Shown here one piece after another: positions 16,102 through 23,229 of a stretch of 32,000 nucleotides of DNA (the first letter of the stretch is position 1; every line of letters starts with the position of its first letter). The stretch lies in contig CAYXDX010000004.1 of the NCBI GenBank assembly GCA_964463865.1, forward strand, positions 10,580 through 42,579, written 5' to 3'. The stretch comes from an uncultured archaeon. Lineage in GTDB: Archaea; Halobacteriota; Archaeoglobi; Archaeoglobales; Archaeoglobaceae. A program made the translations under genes and the position numbers. The notes below the pieces were generated by a model. The model saw only the letters and a program-made list of their open reading frames with translations. It did not search any database and was not told the origin of the DNA.

Positions 16102-17298
16102 ATGATTGTCTGTCCGGGTTGCGCTCTCCTCTGCGACGACATCGAAATCAGAAACAACACGATCCTTCACGCGTGCAGGAGAGGTGCAGGACTCATAGCG
16201 AATTACAAAGAGGCGAGAGCCACGCCAAAAGTTAACGGGAAAACCGTGAGCTTCGAGGAGGCGCTGAATGAGGCGAAAAAAATAGTCGCCGAATCCGAGA
16301 GGCTCGTGATATACGGTCTCGACACGACTACTCTTGAAGCGCAATCTCTCGCTGTGGATCTCGCGGAAAAGAAAGGAGCTTACATCGACGACAACTCCAC
16401 TTTCTGTCTCGGCGACTTCGTGGAGCTAATACTGAAGAAGAAAGTTCCAACGACTACGCTCGAAGAGGTCAGAGATAACGCCTACGTGATATTTTACTGG
16501 GGAACCGATCCGTTCCACAGCCTGTCGAGACATCTCTCGAGGTTCACTTACTATCCGAGGGGTGGGAAAAGGCAGAGAGGCTACGAGGAGGACAGGTTCC
16601 TTGTGGTAGCCGACATAAGGAGGAGTCACACGGCAAAGCTCGCAAAGAAAAATGCGCGATTTTTGAAGGTCGAAGACGATCTTGAGCTCGTTCAAGCTTT
16701 TATAGATGCCGCCGAAGGAAAAGTTCCCAAGGTTTATCCCAAGGACGTTACGAGAATTCTAAAAGAGATGGAGAAGGCGGACTTCAATGTAATATTCGGA
16801 GGGCTCGGTCTCAGATACGGACTGAAAGGAAACTACGAGAAGTTCGTAGAAATGATGGAGAAGTTAAACGAGAGAACGAACGTTTACTTCATTCCTGCTG
16901 GCTGCCACCCTAACATGAGGGGGTTTAACGAAACGCTCTTCGAGAGAACAGGCGAAATTAACAAGTTCAGTTTTGCGGAGAAGAGGAGCTCTGAGGAATT
17001 TGCTTTCCACAACGTCATAGACAAGGTAGACGCGGCGATAATAATAGGGACTGATCCCGTAGCTTCCCTGCCTTTCGAATACGCGAAGAAACTCGCGGGC
17101 GTAAAGACGATCGTAATAGACCCGAGAGAGACGTTTACCGGCGAAATAGCGCAGGTCGTAATTCCGTCCGCGATCTCGGGAATCGAATTTGGAGGGAAAA
17201 TGAAGAGAATCGACGGGGTAGAGGTCGAACTGAAGCCAATAGAGGAGAAAGAGGTCAACGACGTGTCGATACTTAACGAACTCCTGGAGGTGGTTTGA
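16102..17298 (+). CDS. fwdB: Formylmethanofuran dehydrogenase subunit B-like molybdo/tungstopterin protein
   Basis: N-terminus MIVCPGCALLCDDIEI...HAC is the typical FwdB 4-Cys start. Also a MopB-like core (YWGTDPFHSLSRHLSRF, VVADIRRSHTAKLA). ATG at 16102 lies 8 nt after GGAGGGG (alternative GTG at 16093). Whether this is a bona fide Fwd subunit or a paralog is uncertain. Confidence 0.75.
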   Translation: MIVCPGCALLCDDIEIRNNTILHACRRGAGLIANYKEARATPKVNGKTVSFEEALNEAKKIVAESERLVIYGLDTTTLEAQSLAVDLAEKKGAYIDDNSTFCLGDFVELILKKKVPTTTLEEVRDNAYVIFYWGTDPFHSLSRHLSRFTYYPRGGKRQRGYEEDRFLVVADIRRSHTAKLAKKNARFLKVEDDLELVQAFIDAAEGKVPKVYPKDVTRILKEMEKADFNVIFGGLGLRYGLKGNYEKFVEMMEKLNERTNVYFIPAGCHPNMRGFNETLFERTGEINKFSFAEKRSSEEFAFHNVIDKVDAAIIIGTDPVASLPFEYAKKLAGVKTIVIDPRETFTGEIAQVVIPSAISGIEFGGKMKRIDGVEVELKPIEEKEVNDVSILNELLEVV

Positions 17299-17693
17299 TG
17301 CCGTTGCAGTTCGCGAAGTTCCTCAGAAAGGTGGAAGTCGAGGTCGTCGTTTCGCGGGTTAGTTACCAGAGCGAGGCTGTCGACAAGGGGAAGCTGAGTC
17401 AGGAATACGTGGAAAAGTCTGCCGTAATTTACGTAACCGAAGAGTTTGCAAAAAAGAACGGGCTGAAAAGTGGAAGCATCGTAAAAGTTACGTCGGGGGG
17501 CAAATCTGTGAATCTGAAGCTGCTTATCTCCGACGCGGCTCCAGAAGACGGGGCTCTTATGCCCAACAGCATATACTCATCCTATCTTTCGGATTTTGAA
17601 AATTTCAAAAAATTTAAAGCCACTATCGAGCTATCCGACGGAGAAGTCACGAAGCCTCACGAAATAATATTGAAAATAAAAGAAAGGGGTTAG
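17298..17693 (+). CDS. fwdD: Formylmethanofuran dehydrogenase subunit D-like (molybdopterin dinucleotide-binding barrel)
   Basis: About 130 aa, with YVTEEFAKKNGLKSGSIVKVTSGGKSVNLKL typical of FwdD and MopB C-terminal domains. The ATG overlaps the fwdB-like TGA by 1 nt. Confidence 0.8.
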   Translation: MPLQFAKFLRKVEVEVVVSRVSYQSEAVDKGKLSQEYVEKSAVIYVTEEFAKKNGLKSGSIVKVTSGGKSVNLKLLISDAAPEDGALMPNSIYSSYLSDFENFKKFKATIELSDGEVTKPHEIILKIKERG

Positions 17694-17733
17694 GGTTATG
17701 GTCTATAGCCTGGAATTCGAGTTTGCCGGATTT

Positions 17734-17743
17734 TGTATAAAAG
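17734..17743 (+). promoter_or_regulatory. TATA-like box TGTATAAAAG upstream of cdhA
   Basis: It sits in the 107-bp AT-rich gap about 58-67 nt upstream of the cdhA ATG, which would give a roughly 30-nt leader containing GGAGGTG (17789-17795). Other AT boxes nearby are alternatives. Confidence 0.3.
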
Positions 17744-17800
17744 GAAAAAACGTAAATACTTTTAGGAATAAAGTAAATGATAAGACGTGGAGGTGTTTGA

Positions 17801-20215
17801 ATGGCGTTTGAATTGAGGGAAGGACTGTTTGCGATAGACGAGATGCGAAACGTCAGCATTAAAATAGGTAGAGTAATCGAGGAGGCGGAAGAGTGGGCAG
17901 AGGAAATGGGACCTACGCCGAAGCCTGGAATAATCGAGTTGAGAAAGTGGGACATGAAGTTGCTCGAACGCTACGAGCCTTTCTACGCTCCCGTCCAGGA
18001 CTTCTGTAACCTGTGCACGATGGGGCCGTGCGATTTATCCCAGAACAAGAAGGGTGCTTGTGGAATAGATTTGAAGACCGCTAAAGCCAGACTCGTCACG
18101 ATTGCCTGCTGTATTGGAGCTGCTTCTCATGGCGGACACGCGAGACACTTGCTCGATCACCTCATCGAAGAACTTGGTGAAGATTATCCGATCGACCTCG
18201 GAGGAAACATAAACATAGAGGCTCCGATAATAAGGACGGTAATCGGAATAAGACCGAGAACTCTCGGAGACTTGAGAGAGGCGATGGAATGGGCCGAGAG
18301 AGAGTTGATGAGAGTTCTGCACTCCACGCACATAGGAAACGAGGAAAGCTATCTCGACTACGAGAGCAAGTCCATGCACATAGGGATGGTCGACCACGTG
18401 GTGATGGAGATTGCCGACATCGTGCAGATGGTAGCTTACAACATGCCGAAAGCCGAGCCGAACGTTCCTCTAACCGATACTGGATTCGGAATAGTGGACA
18501 AGAACAAGCCGGTGATAGTGGTCGTCGGTCACAACGTGATGTATTCAAAGCCAATTCTCGACTACCTCGAGGAGGCTGGCAGGCTTGACGACTTCGAAGT
18601 AGCAGGACTCTGCTGCACGGCTCACGACATGACGAGAGTGAGCAAAGGAAAGTCCAAGGTCTTCGGACCGATAAGTTATCAGCTTAGAGTTATTAGGTCC
18701 GGATTGCCTGATGTAATGGTTAGCGACGAGCAGTGCATAAGGGCTGACCTGCTTGAGGCTTGCAAGTCCATGGGAATTCCGTTGATAGCAACGAGCGACG
18801 CAGCTGCGAGAGGATTGCCCGACGCGAGCGACTGGCCGGTGGAGAAGATAGTCAACGCTCTCGTCAGCGGAGAGCTTCCTGGCGTTTTCCTGCCCGTTCC
18901 GGAGAAAGTCGGTCAGGTTGCTCCGCTTGTAGCTGAAGCGATCTTCAAGAAGCACGGAGGAAACAGGAAATACAGGTTCTTCGCGAGTGACGAAGAGCTG
19001 TGGAGCGAGATAAACAAGTGCACGCAGTGTATGAGCTGCGTTTTCACGTGCCCGCACAACCTGAGAATCGATCAGGGAATGGCTCACGCTCAGAAGAACA
19101 AGGATCTGAGCAAGCTCGCCGCACTTGAAGAGCTGTGCATAGCATGTGGTAAGTGCGAGCAGGCTTGCCCGAAGAACATCAAGATAGTAAACGTCATAAT
19201 GGCGAGCAACTTCGACAAGCTTTACAACAAGAAAGGCAAGATGAGGGTCGGAAGAGGTCCGGTGCAAGATACGGAGATCAGAAACGTCGGTCAGCCGATA
19301 GTCATGGGTCAGATTCCGGGAGTTATTGCTGCCGTCGGTTGCGTTAACTACCCTGACGAGGCGAAGTCTCTGAGGGAAATTCTTGAGGAATTCGTTAGGA
19401 GAAGGTACATCGTCGTTACCTCTGGTTGCCACGCGATGACTCTTGGAATGATCACTGACGAGGAAGGGCAGACACTCTACGAGAAGACTCCTGGAGACTT
19501 CGACGCTGGTGGTTTGGCTAACATGGGAAGCTGTGTCGCTAACAGCCACATAGCAGGAGCTACGATAAAGATCGCTAACATTTTCGCGATGAGACCGTTG
19601 AGGGGCAACTACGCCGAAATAGCGGACTACATCCTGAACAGAGTCGGAGCCGTCGGATTCAGCTGGGGTCCGTACAGCCACAAAGCAGCCGCAATAGCGA
19701 CCGGATTCAACAGACTTGGAGTTCCGGTAGTCGTTGGACCGCACGGAACGAAGTACAGAAGAGCCTACCTCGGAAAGTACTTCAAGAAAGAGAAGTGGTG
19801 GGTCTACGACATAAAGACGAGGCAGAAGATGTTCATAGAACCGGCTCCAGACTCGTTGCTTGTTGCTGTGGAAACGAAGGAAGAAGCGATAGTTCAGCTC
19901 GCGAGACTCTGCATGAGACCGAATGACACGAGCCTCGGGAGACAGATAAAGCTGACGCACTACTTGGAATTGAGTCAGAAGTACCTCGGAAAACTGCCAG
20001 ACGACTGGCCGATATTCGTGAGGAGCGAAGCAGACTTGCCGCTTAAGATGAAGGACGAACTGCTTCACATCCTCGAAAGCGAATACGGATGGAAGATCGA
20101 CTGGGACAAGAAGAAGATAATAGAGGGACCGATAAGGAGATACGACGCCGGATTCAACCCGACAATAGTTGAAGAGGTGTATGAAAAGTACGCTGGTGAA
20201 AAACCCCCACAATAA
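17801..20215 (+). CDS. cdhA: ACDS complex alpha subunit (CO dehydrogenase catalytic subunit)
   Basis: 804 aa. N-terminal Cys-rich FCNLCTMGPCDL...GACGI, an inserted 2x[4Fe-4S] ferredoxin module (CTQCMSCVFTCP, CIACGKCEQACP), and C-cluster-region motifs. Confidence 0.97.
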   Translation: MAFELREGLFAIDEMRNVSIKIGRVIEEAEEWAEEMGPTPKPGIIELRKWDMKLLERYEPFYAPVQDFCNLCTMGPCDLSQNKKGACGIDLKTAKARLVTIACCIGAASHGGHARHLLDHLIEELGEDYPIDLGGNINIEAPIIRTVIGIRPRTLGDLREAMEWAERELMRVLHSTHIGNEESYLDYESKSMHIGMVDHVVMEIADIVQMVAYNMPKAEPNVPLTDTGFGIVDKNKPVIVVVGHNVMYSKPILDYLEEAGRLDDFEVAGLCCTAHDMTRVSKGKSKVFGPISYQLRVIRSGLPDVMVSDEQCIRADLLEACKSMGIPLIATSDAAARGLPDASDWPVEKIVNALVSGELPGVFLPVPEKVGQVAPLVAEAIFKKHGGNRKYRFFASDEELWSEINKCTQCMSCVFTCPHNLRIDQGMAHAQKNKDLSKLAALEELCIACGKCEQACPKNIKIVNVIMASNFDKLYNKKGKMRVGRGPVQDTEIRNVGQPIVMGQIPGVIAAVGCVNYPDEAKSLREILEEFVRRRYIVVTSGCHAMTLGMITDEEGQTLYEKTPGDFDAGGLANMGSCVANSHIAGATIKIANIFAMRPLRGNYAEIADYILNRVGAVGFSWGPYSHKAAAIATGFNRLGVPVVVGPHGTKYRRAYLGKYFKKEKWWVYDIKTRQKMFIEPAPDSLLVAVETKEEAIVQLARLCMRPNDTSLGRQIKLTHYLELSQKYLGKLPDDWPIFVRSEADLPLKMKDELLHILESEYGWKIDWDKKKIIEGPIRRYDAGFNPTIVEEVYEKYAGEKPPQ

Positions 20216-20235
20216 ATTTTTTGAGGTGATGTTGA

Positions 20236-20781
20236 ATGGCCGCGAAAAGGGAAGATAAGCTCCCGCCTGCGAGAAGGTATCAGATAGCCGATGTTCAGGT
20301 TAGTAGGGAGGCTACTGTCGTAAAGCCGAACGTCGTCGTAAATCTGATAAAGAAAGCTAAGCACCCCGTCCTCGTAACGGGTGGCAAACTCCTGAAGGAG
20401 CCGGAGCTCGTCGATGTGGCGGTGAAGTTCTACGAGAAGGGCATACCGATAATCGCTACCGGTGGTTCAAGCAAGCCGCTGATAGAGAAGGGTGTGAAGC
20501 CGCAGTCGGTCGTGTTCACTTTGCACCAGGTAACACAGTTCATGCTCGACGAGGAGTGGAAAGGGTTCGACGGGAAGGAGCCTTACGATGTCGTGCTATT
20601 CCTCGGGTTCCTGCCATACTACCTCTCAAGAATGCTGTCCGCGTTGAAGCACTTCTCCAACATAACGACGATAAGCTTGGAAGAATTTTATCAGCCGCAC
20701 GCTAAGTTCAGCTTTACGAACCTTACCGCGAGTAAGGATCTATACTACTCGATGTTGAACGAGATAGTTGAAAACCTGTGA
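20236..20781 (+). CDS. cdhB: ACDS complex epsilon subunit
   Basis: About 180 aa, immediately after cdhA and preceded by GAGGTGAT. Size, position and sequence character fit CdhB. Confidence 0.88.
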   Translation: MAAKREDKLPPARRYQIADVQVSREATVVKPNVVVNLIKKAKHPVLVTGGKLLKEPELVDVAVKFYEKGIPIIATGGSSKPLIEKGVKPQSVVFTLHQVTQFMLDEEWKGFDGKEPYDVVLFLGFLPYYLSRMLSALKHFSNITTISLEEFYQPHAKFSFTNLTASKDLYYSMLNEIVENL

Positions 20782-20791
20782 GGTGGTGTTT

Positions 20792-22357
20792 ATGGCTGAA
20801 AGGAAGAGGGTTGAGATTCCGGAGGGTGTTAAGAAGAAGGAAGTTTCCGGCGTGCCAGAGTCGTTCCCCTTCGAAATATCTCCGATGTTCGAGGGAGAGA
20901 GAGTCAGAAAAGGTGACATGTTCGTAGAGCTCGGTGGTCCATCGCAGCCGGGTTTCGAGCTCGTCATAGCTCTGCCGAAGGACCAAGTGGAGGACATGAA
21001 GGTAACGCTTATCGGCCCGGACCTCGACGAGATGGAAGAAGGGAAGGCGTATCCGTATGCTATGATCTACTACGTGGCCGGAGATCAGGTGGACAACGAC
21101 CTCGAGCCGGTCATAGAGAGAAGAAACCACGACTTCCAGAACTACATCGAAGGTTACATGCACCTTAACCAGAGGTACGACATCTGGATCAGAATCAGCA
21201 AGGGCGCGATAAAGAAAGGTCTCAAGAGTCTCACGGAAATTGCCCTCGCTACGATGTTCCTGTTCAAGAACGAGCTACCGTTCATCGAGAAGATCGAAGC
21301 TGTTTACATAACCGACAAAGAGCTCGTCGAGAAACTGCTCAACGAAATGGCGATGCCGATATACGAGGAGAGAGACGCGAGAGTCGAACAGCTCCACGAT
21401 GAAGACGTGGACGAATTCTACTCATGCACGCTCTGTCAGAGCTTTGCCCCGACGAACGTTTGCATAGTCAGTCCGGACAGACCTTCGCTCTGCGGTGCTA
21501 TAACGTGGTTCGACGGAAGAGCTGCTGCGAGAGTCGATCCGGAAGGTCCGAACAAAGCAGTTCCAAAGGGCGAGTGCATCGACCCGATTGGTGGAGAATA
21601 CACCGGAGTGAACGAGTTCGCCAAGGAGGAGAGCGGAGGTGAATACGACAGAATCAAGCTCCACAGCTTCTTCGAGTATCCGCACACGTCCTGTGGATGC
21701 TTCGAGGTCATAGGCTTCTACATGCCGGAAGTTGACGGTATCGGCTGGGTGCACAGAGGATATCCTGACCCAGCTCCGAACGGTCTCACATTCTCGACGA
21801 TGGCCGGGCAGACTGGAGGAGGAAAGCAGGTCGTTGGTTTCCTTGGAATAGGTATCGCCTACTTCAGAAGCAAGAAGTTCATCCAGGCTGACGGTGGGTG
21901 GTACAGAACGGTCTGGATGCCCAAGGAGTTGAAGGAAAGAGTTCTGAAGTACATTCCGGAAGACATGAGGGACAAGATAGCTACTGAAGAAGACGCGAAA
22001 ACGATAGAGGAGCTCAAAGAATTCCTCAAGAAGGTCAACCACCCGGTAGTCACCGGTGTCGTAAGGCCGGTGGACGGGAAGAAGATTACCGAGGGTTGGA
22101 AGGAGGAAGAAGAGGAAGTCGAGGAGGAAGAGAAGGTCGAAGAGGAAAAGGTCGAAGCTCCAGCTCCAGCGCAGCCGACAGCTCCGCAGGTGCAGATGCC
22201 TGTGCAGATGCCAGCCGTTCCACAGATACAGCTGCCGCAGATACAGTTGCCAGCTCCTACCCAGCAGCCAGGGATTAAGCTGATAATCAAGGACGCGAAG
22301 ATCATCATCGACAAAGTGATCATCAGGGGTAAGGAAGAAAAGAAGGGTGGGAAGTGA
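20792..22357 (+). CDS. cdhC: ACDS complex beta subunit (acetyl-CoA synthase, A-cluster) with an acidic/PQ-rich C-terminal extension
   Basis: ATG at 20792 after GAGGTGGTG; the listed TTG at 20768 overlaps cdhB. A-cluster region motifs: CTLCQSFAPTNVCIVSPDRPSLCGA and HTSCGCFE. Confidence 0.95.
   Translation: MAERKRVEIPEGVKKKEVSGVPESFPFEISPMFEGERVRKGDMFVELGGPSQPGFELVIALPKDQVEDMKVTLIGPDLDEMEEGKAYPYAMIYYVAGDQVDNDLEPVIERRNHDFQNYIEGYMHLNQRYDIWIRISKGAIKKGLKSLTEIALATMFLFKNELPFIEKIEAVYITDKELVEKLLNEMAMPIYEERDARVEQLHDEDVDEFYSCTLCQSFAPTNVCIVSPDRPSLCGAITWFDGRAAARVDPEGPNKAVPKGECIDPIGGEYTGVNEFAKEESGGEYDRIKLHSFFEYPHTSCGCFEVIGFYMPEVDGIGWVHRGYPDPAPNGLTFSTMAGQTGGGKQVVGFLGIGIAYFRSKKFIQADGGWYRTVWMPKELKERVLKYIPEDMRDKIATEEDAKTIEELKEFLKKVNHPVVTGVVRPVDGKKITEGWKEEEEEVEEEEKVEEEKVEAPAPAQPTAPQVQMPVQMPAVPQIQLPQIQLPAPTQQPGIKLIIKDAKIIIDKVIIRGKEEKKGGK
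22190..22252 (+). repeat. In-frame short tandem repeats inside the cdhC 3' region: 2 x 12 nt (VQMP VQMP) and 2 x 15 nt (QIQLP QIQLP)
   Basis: GTGCAGATGCCT/GTGCAGATGCCA at 22190-22213 and CAGATACAGCTGCCG/CAGATACAGTTGCCA at 22223-22252, read directly. Confidence 0.8.
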
Positions 22358-22447
22358 ATGGAGGAGAAGAAAGAGGAGAGAAAGTTCATCAAAATTACTT
22401 TAAAGGGAGCAGAGATCAAGGTTAGCGAAGTGATAATAGAGGAGTAA
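22358..22447 (+). CDS. Candidate 29-codon sORF (MEEKKEERKFIKITLKGAEIKVSEVIIEE), in frame with and immediately after the cdhC TGA
   Basis: Not in the ORF track because it is too short. The ATG abuts the cdhC stop (TGAATG), with GGTGG 8 nt upstream. It fills the whole cdhC-cooC gap, and the cooC SD (GAGGAG) lies within its last codons. The peptide repeats the CdhC C-terminal motif using different synonymous codons. Confidence 0.4.
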   Translation: MEEKKEERKFIKITLKGAEIKVSEVIIEE

Positions 22448-22451
22448 AGCT

Positions 22452-23225
22452 ATGATAATAGCCGTAACCGGAAAGGGTGGCACGGGTAAGACGATATTAG
22501 CTGCCCTTCTCACCCATTTTATTTCCAAGAACACGAGCAGCGTTCTGGCAGTAGATGCCGATCCTGACAGCAACTTGCCGGACGCGTTGGGCGTGGCAGA
22601 GCTTGTGACGAAAACTCTTGGAGAAATAAGGGAGGTCTTTCAAGAGAGCAGGGACGAGATGGGTGCGATGAACAAAGAGCAGTGGCTCGAGGGAAAGATT
22701 TACAGCGAGGCGATATGCGAGTGCGACAACTTCGACTTGATAGTGATGGGCAGACCCGAGGGAGAGGGTTGCTACTGCTTCGCGAACAACCTGCTGAGGG
22801 GCGTTTTGCGAAAACTGATGAGACACTACGACTTCATCATCATCGACAGCGAGGCGGGATTGGAGCACTTCAGCAGGAAGACGATTGAAGGTGCCGATTA
22901 CATCATCGTGGTTACAGACATGTCGAAGAAAGGCCTTGCGACGGCGAAAAGAATCAAGGAGCTGAGCAAGGAGCTCGACTTGAAGTTCAGAGACATTTAC
23001 CTGGTTGGGAACAGGGTCGCGAGCAAAGAAGCGGAGGAGACCATAAGAAAGTTTGCTGAAGAGAACGATCTGAAGCTTTTGGAAATTCTGCCTTACGACG
23101 AGAAAATAGCTGAATTAGATTTGAAAGGTCTACCGGTCACGTTACTCCCGGAAGATTCGGAATACATGAAGAAGGTTAAGAAAATTGCCGATCACTTTAT
23201 TAAGTTGAGTGTCGAGGCGAGGTGA
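22452..23225 (+). CDS. cooC: CooC/AcsF-type nickel-insertion ATPase
   Basis: P-loop AVTGKGGTGKT, CxC metal motif (EGCYCFANN), MinD/Mrp-like fold, and the conserved position between cdhC and cdhD. Confidence 0.9.
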   Translation: MIIAVTGKGGTGKTILAALLTHFISKNTSSVLAVDADPDSNLPDALGVAELVTKTLGEIREVFQESRDEMGAMNKEQWLEGKIYSEAICECDNFDLIVMGRPEGEGCYCFANNLLRGVLRKLMRHYDFIIIDSEAGLEHFSRKTIEGADYIIVVTDMSKKGLATAKRIKELSKELDLKFRDIYLVGNRVASKEAEETIRKFAEENDLKLLEILPYDEKIAELDLKGLPVTLLPEDSEYMKKVKKIADHFIKLSVEAR

Positions 23226-23229
23226 TCGA

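Noticed and set aside
17698-17811. 37-codon ORF (MVYSLEFEFAGFCIKGKNVNTFRNKVNDKTWRCLNGV) in the fwdD-cdhA spacer
   Set aside because: It runs through TATA-like AT boxes and overlaps the cdhA SD and start in another frame. It has no SD of its own and no motif, so it is most likely promoter DNA.
18545-20212. 555-aa minus-strand ORF antisense to cdhA
   Set aside because: cdhA on the plus strand is unambiguous. The antisense translation is low-information (Arg/Ser/Val/Leu-rich), typical of stop-codon depletion opposite a strongly biased coding frame.
22355-22357. The cdhC TGA as a selenocysteine codon
   Set aside because: I could not recognise a SECIS-like hairpin in the short downstream region, and Sec usage is, as far as I know, restricted among archaea to Methanococcales/Methanopyrus-type lineages. 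Ordinary termination, reinitiation or low-level read-through are more parsimonious.
21859-22419. 186-aa minus-strand ORF with Ser/Cys/Gly/Thr-rich low-complexity sequence
   Set aside because: It is the reverse complement of the acidic/PQ repeat region of cdhC, so its low complexity simply mirrors the repeats on the coding strand.
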